A DNA stretch of 63,259 nucleotides, the filler included, from Asterionella formosa (lineage: Eukaryota), in the NCBI GenBank assembly GCA_002256025.1. It is 7 parts of 7 records of this genome, joined end to end, with 100 filler letters (N's around TTAATTAATTAA, not from the genome) between each part and the next. Parts side by side here need not be neighbours in the genome. Positions count along the whole stretch, not along the records: positions 1 to 27,189 come from NKIB01001572.1; 6 more parts are not named here. One strand, 5' to 3'. Each line of letters begins with the position of its first letter. The stretch's first letter is position 1. Position numbers and translations under genes: made by a program. Positions 1-11,366 of this stretch are shown here, one piece after another. The notes below the pieces were generated by a model that was not told where the DNA came from, did no database searches, and worked only from the letters and a program-made list of their open reading frames with translations.

Positions 1-2624
1 AACAAGACTAGATAGACTATTAACAGAAAGCTCACAATATTACAAAGTGTAAAGTGAAAATAAGTTTTCAGCTTTAGAGATCTTAAAAGTAAGATCTGTG
101 ATATTTCAACTAGACAATTTAACACCAGGACACCGCCCAGTAGTCTGCCACAATCAAAAGTGTCAATATGTGTCTCGGTATAGGCAGCATTATTTATAGA
201 ATATAGTTACTCGGCGTACATTTCGCCACCAGGAGGGTTAAAAGTCTGCAATGTCATAGTCTAACGGTAATCGTGAAAGATGACAATTTGGTCTTCCCTG
301 CAGCCAAGTACTGGTACATCGTGTTCAATTTCAGAAGGGGAAGCAGACTTCCGGCTCCTGTATTTATCGAAGTCGGATTGTGTCGTTGCTACAAGGTTTT
401 CCGTACAAGGACTATATTTTTACAGTTGTTACGGACAATGGATGATAAAGAAAGAGCTACGTACCTATTTAGCTCCTTGGAATCGTTTTCACACTTCGTT
501 CTGGATGTTTCAATTAAAATAACCCTTAAAGGACATTCAGGCGACATTTCAAACATCGACAAATCGAGCATTCGAACCACGTCACATGTAGTATTAGAAA
601 TCCACATACACCATCAATCAAAGCAAGATCAAGAAGAAGGATCAGACATTTTGCGCTTTGACACCACGACACAGCCGACCTTGTTCGCGGTAGTGAAACC
701 TTTGTAAAAGCCGGTCTTTTGTTTTATAGGGCATTCTATTGAAATGATGCTATAATCAAAGCAAAATTCAAAAAGCCTATAAAGCGTCCCCAAAACATTG
801 CAACCCAGAGACAGTACTTCAAACATTATTCAATGCGAAATAGACAAGTCACTACATAACATTCCAATTTGCAGTTACAAAATAACACAACATTGTCGAT
901 GCTCTACTTGTTACTAAGTCGTCCACATTTTGGAAGACTACCATTCTTGTACCTTCACTTTGGGTGTCTAGTATTTCCATATTGCCCCTGCATGTCATCT
1001 TGCTCGGCCAGTATGGATACATTAGCGTGACCTTGTCGCAAGTGATGTGTTCCAATCCTCTCACCCCCTACAGACTCCTCGACCTCCTAGGAATGTTGAT
1101 TTTCGCCCGCTTGTGGATTATTGATTACAACTAGTACTACTGGAGGGTGTCTGCAAGGGTCATCTGATGACACACACATTAAGAAACCTCATGGTGTCGG
1201 CCGCCTTTGGCTTGCTTCTCCAAGTCGGTGATATTGATACATTGAAGATGTGATCGCGTTTACTTCTTCCATGACTGATTTTCGAGCGTTGTGTGTGAAA
1301 GGGAAGATTGCTGTGTGGGCAATAGCTAGTGGCTGAAATTGAGACATACATCCATCATTTACATCATATTCTCCATGATTTCTGCGGTGTCCTCTATTAG
1401 GGTTGAAACTATTGCTGATAGAATCTCTTACGCAGCGTAATAATCCTGTAGATTCCCTTGCATCTAGAGTAATTTCATTTGCAAAGTAGATATCGCTGAT
1501 TGCATTTCACTTCTTACAATTCATGTTGATTCTGCTGGAGTTATTTCCAATAAAGCTTCTTGCAACTTCATCAAGGATGGTGTCTGTTGCTGCACCAGCT
1601 CTTGCTTGATTAGTGTACATGTATGATATATGTTGCTGGAGAAGATCAGGGCTATCACTACTCCCAGAATAAAAATACTGAGGGTCATATAACTAATGGA
1701 GGTTTGACAACTTAAATAAGTTGTTACTTGCTAGTTTTGGACGAAAATTGATACTTCGAGCTGAGGATAACAAGTCATTACCGATCTTGCTTCAATGGGG
1801 ATAACATCCTATTATTCAATCATCGATGGATGCCATCCTACTAATAACAAAGAAACACTTACAGCATATGATGGGATTCAAATATTTAATTAGTTAATCA
1901 TTTTTAATTGCACATTATTACTACTAGTCTGATTCTAAATTCATCTTCATTGCTCCACGGCCCATATAAGATGGGGTGGTGGAATTCAGTGGTCACTCTC
2001 TTGTCCTAGTATGAGAGTTTCAAATAAAAATTGTTGGTATCATTGATTGGATATCCTCTTATTTGAGACCTTTTTTTATGTCACCCTGTATACTTCACTG
2101 GTAACTGTGTTTGCCTTTGTAAATCTTTGTTTAACCGAAGTTCTTGACTTGATAGTTGGCTCTATAGAAGTCCACCACTGTTCCACTTGGAATGGTGATC
2201 CTATTGGTAGGATCATAGGACATTGAAGGGTAGCACTTGTTCATGTATGTCATCAGTGTTTGCATTGTTAATAGTAGCATGTTGCTTCCAATGTTGTATT
2301 GTTGATTCATGTAGCTAGTAAATAATGTGTTTGGCCAGAATCCAGTGCCCACAAGAAAGTGACAACTCTGCCATCACCAATGAAAATATAGTCCAAACAA
2401 CAGAAAGCCTGATGTCATTTGTTTTGTGGTTTGGTTTCCAATTGGCACTATGATTCCAATGGACCCATCAGTTGTGATGTTGTACTGTACCAATGCGAAC
2501 AATAACAAACCAAAAGAGTCACAAACGTAAACACATTTCATGTCTTTGTATTTGTGAACATGATGCTGACATGGTAGCAGTTACCAGGTACCATTTTGGT
2601 ACCTGGTAACTTGGAGGACCAGAG

Positions 2625-2711
2625 AAAGTTGCGTTGATTTGCTGGAACTAAAGGTTTAGCTTTCTTTATTCAATATCAAATTGTTTATTTAAGCAAAACG
2701 ACCGCAACTTG
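2625..2711. mobile_element. 87-bp mini TIR element (MITE-like), copy A, inverted relative to copy B
   Basis: Aligns over its full length to the reverse complement of 2944-3030; ends in ACCGCAACTTG. Confidence 0.65.
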
Positions 2712-2943
2712 CACGTAATGCAGTCGTTCGTAGATTTCCGGTACCTGCTGCATTGCTGCTGTGCCGGCGGGCGGAGGAGATCGAAATGATAATTTGAATC
2801 TGATAGCGCTATGTAGTCACCATACCTGGTACCAGGTACCCAGGTACCTGGTACAGTACGAACAGGTACCATCAGGGGTTCCAACACCCGGTAGGGGTAG
2901 GGTTTACCAGGTACCTACCGGTACCCGGTACCTGTAGTACCAG

Positions 2944-3030
2944 CAAGTTGCGGTCCTTTTGCATAAATCAACAATTTCATCTGGGAGAAAGAAAGCTAAA
3001 TCTTACGTTGAGCAAATCTACCGAAACTTG
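2944..3030. mobile_element. 87-bp mini TIR element (MITE-like), copy B
   Basis: Termini CAAGTTGCGGT...ACCGAAACTTG form an 11-bp TIR with 1 mismatch; a degenerate relative lies at about 60900-60981. Confidence 0.7.
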
Positions 3031-3720
3031 ACAGGTACCGGTTATACCGGTATGTACTAGTACCGATATATTTATGTATTGGTAAATTGTGCGTTTGTGC
3101 GAACGCGACGTGAAAACGGTATTACAACAAGAAATGCAGTAATTCGACTTCCATTTTGTCCACCATTCGTCATGCCTTACGTCGGATACGACAAACGAAC
3201 TTGAATTGTCCTGGTACACAATCGACTGGAACGTTCTAAAGCTAGGATGGGAGTATCGATAAGAGAGTCATAAGTCGTGTGTGGTACATTGTCGACTTTG
3301 CACAAAGCTCCAGTAGCTTGTTCATTTCCGATGTCACTGTACATATTATGGAAAACCCTCCGAAAGGGGCAATACGTATGGAAATATAGGCATTCTATTC
3401 TACCCATCGAATTTTGCAATGATTATCGTGACTCACTCCTGCATGCTTGCTGGCGTTTGTCTGAAATGACTGTTTTGCTTTCCTACATAAGTGAACTGCT
3501 GACTGCTTGATTACCTCCACACACTTGTCGTACAAGAAGACATGCTTCGTTCTTGATGAATTTGTACGGCCAAGAACTATGCATAGGACAAACCAATAAA
3601 ATAGCCACCTGGCCTAAAAAGCACACATGAATACCGGTAGGCCCCACAGTAGAGTACTGGGAAACGAATAAATCACGGATAATTCCAACGAAGCGACACG
3701 AACATAAGTCTCTCATTAGA

Positions 3721-5256
3721 ATGAACCATCTTTCATTGCTATCAGAACAGAGTGTCAACAAGAATCAGGTTGTTGGAGGAGCCAGAGCAAGCGCACTGGG
3801 ATCACCAATGCATTGTGAGCATCCGTTGGGAGCCTCTGAGAAATCAATTACTGAAATCATGTCCGATGCGTCGGTCGACACGGGGTTGCAACTTGACGAG
3901 GACCGGGAAAAAGGTGATGATGGAAACTCATCACTCAACGATGATGAGATGCTAAGCGGTAGTAGTTCGGCAAAGAAAAAACGCCGCCCCCGAAATGCAG
4001 ACGACGTGCCGATGAGTTTTCCTCAAAAGGTGCGTCGGTTAGGAAGCAGTGAGACATTTGTGTTGTGCCACTACGTTTGTCAGCCCGTAAATTCTCATAT
4101 AACTGACTGCATGCCATTGCATGACAGTATATCATTACTAACTCAAATTTGTTTTTCTCTTTTTCTTTTCTTGCGATGACGTTAATGTCATTAACAGTTA
4201 ATGGATATTCTTTCCAACGATGGGAATGCAGATATCGCCTCGTGGTTGCCAAATGGGAAGGGATTTATGATCCACCAAAAGAAGCGCTTCGCTGTTGAAA
4301 TTTTGCCGAAGTATTTTAAGGAAGCCAAGTTTACTAGTTTCACGCGCAAACTGAACCGATGGAACTTTACCCGAATCACTCGCGGGACGGAGACGGGGGC
4401 ATATTACCATGAGTACTTTCAGCGAGGCAACCTTCGCTTGTGCATGCAAATGTGTTGCCAAAACGCGAAGAGTATTGCTGTTACGAAAGAACTTCAGCCT
4501 ACTACTACCATGTCCAAGTTGAAACAGAGTCCGCAGATTGATTTATGTCCTTCAAATGATAGTCATTTGCTGGGATTTGGAATGGGAGTTGGAGGAACAA
4601 ACTTAATCTACCCAGGTCCCATAGTAAACCATGGTAGTCAGCCGTTTGCCGCCGAGCACATGTACAAACTGCGCCAACTGGAACATCAACGCCAAGAACT
4701 TATGATGCAGCAGCAACAACACGAATCAGACATGATGCACGCAAATCAATTGGCGAGTCTGTCACTTTCACGTTCTCGTCAACAGAACCTACTTTCGCCA
4801 CTTGCCAATTCGAACGAGGGACCTTCCCTTCACCAAGACGCCTTCAAAAACAGCATGATCCAGAGAAGCAACACAAGTGCTTACCTTGCCATGATTATGT
4901 CACAAGAAAAGCTTAACAATCAGGTTGGATCTTTTGGTGGTTTCAACAACATTTCGCCTCTCGACGTTCAGCGCCAACAAGCAAATCTCATACAGAGTCA
5001 GCAACAGCAAATGGATCAATACTCTCAGCAAAGGATGTACCAACATGCAAACATCCAGCAGCAGCAACATCAACTGAGTCAGCTGCAACTGCAGCTGCAA
5101 CTGCAACTCCAGCAGCAGCAATTCCAGCAGCCGTTCCACTGTTTCAACCCGTCAACTACCGGTAGTGTGCTGAACATAAATCAGGAACCCCAAGAAGTGG
5201 ACAGCCCAACAAGTGAAACAGGGAAGCCCAACAAGAGGACTTCATCAGCCGCTTAA
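3721..5256 (+). CDS. Heat shock transcription factor (HSF DNA-binding domain, Gln-rich C-terminus); exons 3721-4029 and 4198-5256
   Basis: Removing the GT-AG intron 4030-4197 gives in-frame SFPQK|LMDILS..IASWLPNGKGFMI..FAVEILPKYFKEAKFTSFTRKLNRWNF, the HSF DBD signature; polyQ region follows. Confidence 0.93.
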
Positions 5257-6007
5257 TGCTATGTTGAACATTGGGGTGACATGGAAATATGGGATTTTAA
5301 CTATAAAGAACAATCAGGCTCAAACAGGAAACGGAATGTTGTATTCAATCACGCCAAGCACTTTTTTCGCATTTTAATATCTACTCCTGATGTATTGGTT
5401 GAATGTTACCTACTAGAGGAAAAATTTAAGCTGAAATGTAAATTTTCCGGGAATCATGAGGAACAGTTCTCCAAGAAATTGAATGGATCAGCAATAGGGA
5501 TTCCAGTTCTCGTCAACGAATTCGCCAATCATACCAGTAGGCCCAAATGGATGGTATGATGCAGTTTCATCGCGCTGTTGGTAGTCGTAGAATATACTAC
5601 CGTTAATGATAAAGCTGCCTGTTGAAATGAATTTTAGCAATATCATACTCCAAGCACTTGACCTCACATTGCTCCGCAATATCCAATTAATACAAATATC
5701 TCGTTATTCGGTCGTGATCAGGACATTTCGATTTGCTTCAGTTCATATGGAAAATGTCAAATGGCAGATTAGTAAGGTTGGCTACGCCCCTAAGAAAAAT
5801 GAATTAAGGATTGGGTTGGTAAAGCGTGCATCTCTATTTCAACATGTCATAGGTTTCAGCAAAGTTACTATCACTTTCTGCACTATGAGTGGTTGGTAGA
5901 TTTTGCTTGCCCCCAAATGAGGATTATTTGCTAGATTATTCTTGTGTCAATAAATAAAGCATATTGGAAACGAACTAAATCAAATTTTCTCTCCATCTCT
6001 CCGTCCA

Positions 6008-7012
6008 CTAGTACTTCTTCTGAAAGAGCGCAGAAACCATTCGACTAGCGCAAACAGCGTGCTCTACCAATCCAACATGTCGAAGGTCCCGATTTGTCAA
6101 ATCAAACCCAAAGCGTTCCAATCGATTGAGAAACGTTTCGGAAGACAATCCCGGAAGTAATACCGCTACGGTATTGGCTCCGTCCTTTTTGTCTTGTATC
6201 AACTCGCTTCTCAATACTCGTGCATTAGCGAGGTTGGCTCTCGCCTCTTGCACGATATCCTTCACAGCACTTTGAAGGGCTTTTCGGCATTCTTGGTCTC
6301 CCATCCCCAATGAACTCATTAGGTAGCGAGGACTTTTCACGCCATACTTTAAGCACAATTCTTCCGGAACAATCAACTTGCCTGTAGTGGACATGACGGG
6401 GATGGAGAGGCGGAGAGCATTGGTCAGCCCGTGACATATTCCGACCAACCCAGCTGCCTGATGGGACACGGGGTTCGTGACATTGCCACTCTCCAGAACA
6501 AGCTGCGACAGTGATCCGCAAGAAAGTCCTGCATGATCCACCAGTGACTTCAGCGTGGGGTATTGCTTGAGATCTAAATCATTTTCACGGCCCTTGAGAA
6601 TGTCATCAAAGTGACACTTGGACAATTGATGCTTCGTCGTAATTTCTTTCAACAACTTGAATGTAGGATGTGTGCTCCACCCTTCGCCAAGCTCCTGACC
6701 AGAAAAAAGATGATTGATACCCTCTTGCCACCATTTCAAATGTTCTGATGGCGGTGCATTGGGTTTCACTTTGGCTGTGGTTCCAAAGCGGAGGCCTGTT
6801 TCGACCCAGAAGGAGCGAACCACGTAGTACGCATCTTGCATGTCTTGAGTGGGTAACAGTCGACCTGGTAAATATCCCGCTGGATCGTATGATTTTACCA
6901 TGTGAACAGCGTGTCCAAGATCTACCGACGTGGTGGATAACGCTCGCTTCGTCGTTGTGGATCGAACAACGCCCATCATTGTGCTGGGCACGAATGCTTT
7001 TGACAGGAACAT
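6008..7012 (-). CDS. NDUFAF6: Squalene/phytoene synthase-fold protein, NDUFAF6-like complex I assembly factor, probably mitochondrial
   Basis: 334-aa ORF. Arg/Ser/Thr-rich N-terminus (..TTTKRALSTT) resembles a mitochondrial presequence. Motifs VKSYDPAGYL, LKWWQEGI, HPT, GRENDL..YPTLKSLVDHA and GICHGLTNALR fit the NDUFAF6 pattern as I recall it. Confidence 0.75.
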   Translation of the reverse strand: MFLSKAFVPSTMMGVVRSTTTKRALSTTSVDLGHAVHMVKSYDPAGYLPGRLLPTQDMQDAYYVVRSFWVETGLRFGTTAKVKPNAPPSEHLKWWQEGINHLFSGQELGEGWSTHPTFKLLKEITTKHQLSKCHFDDILKGRENDLDLKQYPTLKSLVDHAGLSCGSLSQLVLESGNVTNPVSHQAAGLVGICHGLTNALRLSIPVMSTTGKLIVPEELCLKYGVKSPRYLMSSLGMGDQECRKALQSAVKDIVQEARANLANARVLRSELIQDKKDGANTVAVLLPGLSSETFLNRLERFGFDLTNRDLRHVGLVEHAVCASRMVSALFQKKY

Positions 7013-8062
7013 GGGATATGTTCACTGTTGCAAAACTTGCTTGTTTGTACTTTTTCTCGCTATCCGATTACTGTTTTCGTTTAATCGCTTCGTCCGTTTC
7101 TGTGTTGAAAGCCTCTCTTGTCTGTTAAGGAACAAGCAAACTAAGCCACAGCTTTCTGTCCTTTCGATTTCTGTCGAAAGCAGCAGGACCTTTTCTTGGA
7201 GGGAAATTTGCAAGTCGTGATCATATCCTACCACATCACTCTTTATTAGCTGACACCACCACGTATGTACTTACCAAAAGTAGTGTCTACCACCACGAAA
7301 GGAGGCAGTACACGAATTCCCAAACCGGTATTTCCAATTTATCATATACCGGTACATGCACAAATATACATACATCCGTTTTTAATATAAGTTATAGACT
7401 ACTCTGTTTTCCTCAATGAATGTACAGTAGCACGCACTAGTGAGAAGCATGCGGCGACCTTTGCATGTATGGTGGTCTTTTCATGTAGGCCGACATGGTA
7501 ACGGTACCTGATACCAGTAAGATATAACGATACACTCGTAACTCACGACTGCGACAACAAAGTACAAGGTACCTGGTACCTTGTAGACTACTGGTATTCA
7601 TTTTTCATATGTATGTACCGGTACCGGTTGTCGAAATGGACTCGTCGTCTTGATCGCTGACATTTTAAAACCCAGTCAACCAAACAAGCAAGTAACGGGT
7701 TCAACCAACGGTAGGTAATAAGACTACCTGGTACCTGGCACTCATGGAACAAAACTAGTACGACTCCAGCACATATTACTGTTATTGGCCTCTCAAAGAA
7801 TCTAATTCATATGCCCGTACCAGGTACCGGTATACACTTATTTAGCTATGCAACAACTACTACCCCCGGTACTGGGAACCCTTTCACTTTCAGAAAATGG
7901 GTGGCAAAGTACCGGTAAAATTGCAGGGAAATTCCCATGCAAAGCCGTAGCAAAATTGGATTTAACATTTTGATTCTTTTGGGAAGGGTTGTATTTTATT
8001 ATCAAGAAATATGAGCGGTCAAAAATCTTAAAATTGGCGAATGGTTACACAATGATGGCCAC

Positions 8063-9163
8063 TTAAAGCTCCTCGTCAGTGCTTGAAACATCCTCGTAAG
8101 TCATTTTGGTCAAATCTTGCTCGGATATCAAGCCTTTCAACTCTTCCACTTTGCCACCTGCCATGACTTTCCCATATCCAGGAGCTGGTCCTGAAAAGAC
8201 AATGGATTCTTGTAATCCACACCACCCATGCTGACATTCTGGTTCATCCAAGGAAGTTTCAATAACGTGCAACGTGGGAAATTCGCTTGGAATTTTTGTG
8301 TCCCAAGTGGGTGGAACGCGATAGTGCGTTTTCATAGTAATATCCGGATCCCAATCTACAGGGTACCAGTGCAAAAACAATGATGTATACCATTCTCCGT
8401 TGAATGGTCGAGGTCGGCCATGATAGCATTTTGATGATTCATATAAAAGAATATCTCCTGCCTCGAGATTCACTTCAACTGTATTTCCCTGAAAGTCTTC
8501 AATAACAAGTGGCCAGGGATCTCCCTTGTCATCATGGCCAACGTGCATGATAGCGGAAATAACGTGAGTTTCTACTTTGTCAATATGCATATTCAATGAG
8601 GACTCGTTCAAGTACACCCGCAGCCCGTATGCATTGTTACCAATTAGCTTGGTGCCACTCCAAGCTTCCATAATGGGCTTCAACATCTGAATGGATCGAT
8701 CCAATAAATTGGCGCTCACGTCAATAAAATTGGGATCCCCTTTGATGGAATCTGACGGTTCCTCCGCCCGCATGGTGCCTTGCTCCATGCCAGTATACAG
8801 AACCTCTTGTAGTTGCTGGAGTAAGGCCTCCGGAGCCGAAGTGAGGCCATAACCGAACTCAGTAAAGTTTGGACAGAAAATTCCTGAATGAATAGCACTC
8901 ATGTAACCATTGTAGCAATTTTCTTGGAGGTCGAGAGCGTCGATTTGACCCAGGCGTCGTTGGTACTGCTTCTTCCATCCTTCAGTTTGAGGAGTAAATT
9001 CATGGTCCGAAGGTGGCCAAGAATAGTTGCGTGCGTGGTATTTAGCGACGCGCTCGCTTTCGATAAGAGCCGCGTGCGTCACGAATGGAATGTATAGTAA
9101 TGGTAACAGGAGTGCACAACGATAGAAGCACGGGAGGTGCATGATTGCCGTTCCTTGGACCAT
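8063..9163 (-). CDS. Secreted/ER 2OG-Fe(II) oxygenase, prolyl-4-hydroxylase-like
   Basis: Hydrophobic signal peptide (ALLLPLLYIPFVTHA); YGLRVY..LNMHIDK (HxD), HVISAIMHV, LYESSKCYHGRP (distal His); C-terminus DEEL resembles an ER-retention signal. Confidence 0.75.
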   Translation of the reverse strand: MVQGTAIMHLPCFYRCALLLPLLYIPFVTHAALIESERVAKYHARNYSWPPSDHEFTPQTEGWKKQYQRRLGQIDALDLQENCYNGYMSAIHSGIFCPNFTEFGYGLTSAPEALLQQLQEVLYTGMEQGTMRAEEPSDSIKGDPNFIDVSANLLDRSIQMLKPIMEAWSGTKLIGNNAYGLRVYLNESSLNMHIDKVETHVISAIMHVGHDDKGDPWPLVIEDFQGNTVEVNLEAGDILLYESSKCYHGRPRPFNGEWYTSLFLHWYPVDWDPDITMKTHYRVPPTWDTKIPSEFPTLHVIETSLDEPECQHGWCGLQESIVFSGPAPGYGKVMAGGKVEELKGLISEQDLTKMTYEDVSSTDEEL

Positions 9164-10007
9164 GGTGGTTCGTTGTGAATGCGAACCTTGCTTTTTTGTG
9201 GTACACCTTATTCAAGTACCGGTAAGCTAGGTACTTCTCATTTATGTGCTCTCTTGCTTCGCCCTTCCGTTGCACTTTTTAAACTACCGGTACCGGTAGT
9301 AGACTACGGTTTTTAATTAGTCTCTGTTACATAAACATAGTAGACGTGTACATCCTGGCATTTAACAAATGTAATGTACGTATTCTTAGCCACGAACTGT
9401 ATCGCAACGACTGACTATCAGGCACCGGTACGTAACCAGGTCCTGGTACCTGGTACCAGGTCAATGTACCGCTACCTGGTACTCCACCAGGGTACCTGGT
9501 ACCTGGTTCAGTAGTGTGGTCGTATCGGCCGTCACTCGTCGAGCAAAGGTTCAACAGACAGGCTGTTTAGTACAGCTGTTGCAGTACCAGGTACCAGATC
9601 CTACTTTTCAAGCCTTGTTTACTGTTATACTATCAGCCGGCACGTAACTACCGATACCAAATGATACGAGCCCCTTTTAAGGTACATGGTACCAGGGTAC
9701 CGGTTGGATGCCATAAGCACATACCGGTACCAGGTAGTCCCGGTAAGACGTTACCAGTACCTGGTATACCAGGGTGATAGTTTGTCAATGTGACACTCCG
9801 GCTATACATACTTGTGAATCCAATCAATCTACCAGTACTACCGGTAGGTTGACACAAAGACTGCTTAATTTCAGTTTCTAAAATCAATGATCATTATCGG
9901 AACTGTTAAATCAAGGGTATAGAAACAATAAGCTTTTTCTTTTATATCATGCAGACGAGTAGTAAAGTGCAGTCTTATTACTGAAGCTTCGGGAGTTAGT
10001 AGACTAC

Positions 10008-11366
10008 TTACGCGGCCCAAGCACGGCCATTCCCAGATCCTGTTGGACGATAGTCATGCTGGTCCATAGATGATGGCACCATGAATGGATGAGTGTCCAA
10101 TATAGGCAACAACACTACGGGTTCCACGTCTATCATTCCGTTATCGAAATCCTTGGTTCCTCCCAAGGTTTGAATGTAAAACGAGTTCATTGGATCTTCC
10201 TTGGAATATTGTTGAGCAAACTGCTGTTTTTGATGGTGGTGCATCTGATGTTGATCCATATTTAGTTGTTGTTGATGCATCTGATGTTGATTCATATTCA
10301 GTTGTTGTTGATGCATTTGTAGGTATTCAGGAGTAGGCAGAGGGGTTGGCTGGGTAGGGTCGTCCATGAGAGACTCTTCATTGTCGTCGTTGGCAAATTG
10401 AACCCTCAGTAATTCCGCAGCATGAAGTTGCTGTTGCTGTTGGAATTGCAGTTGCTGAAGTTGTACTGTGAACGCAAAAGTGTGAGCAAGACATTCTTAA
10501 ACAAAGGAACCACAGGAATCCACACAGGCCATACATAAACTCACGTTGCTGAAATTGTAGATGCTGCAATTGCCGACGGATCATGTCTTGGCTCTGTTGG
10601 ACCAAATCAACAGCCGAGTGAGTCTGCGAAGAATAGTCATTCGAAACATTGATGCTTAACTGGTCGTCAAAGATCAAACTGCTTGTCGTCGGCTTCGTGG
10701 TCTGGCAACACATTTGCATACAGAGAAGAAAGTCCCCTCTTTGGAATAACTTATGATAATAAGCTCCAGTCTCTGGCCCTCTGGTAACACGGATGAAGCC
10801 CCACCTATTCAGCTTTCGAGTGAAGCTGGTATATTTGGACTGCTTAAAAAACTTTGGCAAAATGTCCGTCGCAAACTTCTTCTTTTTGTAAATGAGAAAC
10901 CCCTTTCCGTGTGGCAACCAAGAAATGATATCAGCGGCTTCATCACTTCCTAGGATTTCCATAAGCTGTTGATAGTTGAGTTGAAGTAAAAGTGCCACGA
11001 GTGAGCGCGGATAAAACTATTGTCGAACGACACGAGAATGTCGCAGGCGACTCGAAGCCAAAAATTGAACACTAGGCGCTTCCCCGAATCTTTGCAATCA
11101 CGACCGACCGCGGACCACCGTAGCGAGGAGCTTACCTTTTGAGGAAAGGACAAAGGAACCTCATCCTCCTTATCTCCCATTCGATAATCGGCCTCAATCT
11201 CCTGATGAGGGGCAAGGACTTCGTCAGAACTGAAAGGCGCCGAGTCAAGCAGAGAGCGCCACTGCTCCGTCTTCATCGATTCATCGTTGGAGATGGGAAG
11301 TCCAGTGTTAATTGATGAAAAGCAATCCATTGGAAGGAAACCGTGTTGAATTGAACTAACCAACAT
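10008..11366 (-). CDS. Second heat shock transcription factor; exons 11366-11136, 10965-10545 and 10465-10008
   Basis: GT-AG introns at 11135-10966 and 10544-10466 join three listed ORFs in frame: SFPQK|LMEILGS..ISWLPHGKGFLI..KYTSFTRKLNRWGF..FQQ(L)QLQQLQF..MDDPTQP..RAWAA*. Confidence 0.92.

Noticed and set aside
1..2560. Short ORFs on both strands, possibly a decayed gene or element
   Set aside because: I recognise no motif and the frames are broken, so no call can be supported without a homology search.
3228..3245. Heat-shock element upstream of the first HSF (GAACGTTC)
   Set aside because: Only two nGAAn units; the third is absent, so it is expected by chance.
9327..9887. Small VPG/PGT-rich ORFs
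   Set aside because: They are translations of the GGTACCW motif clusters, with no evidence of being real proteins.
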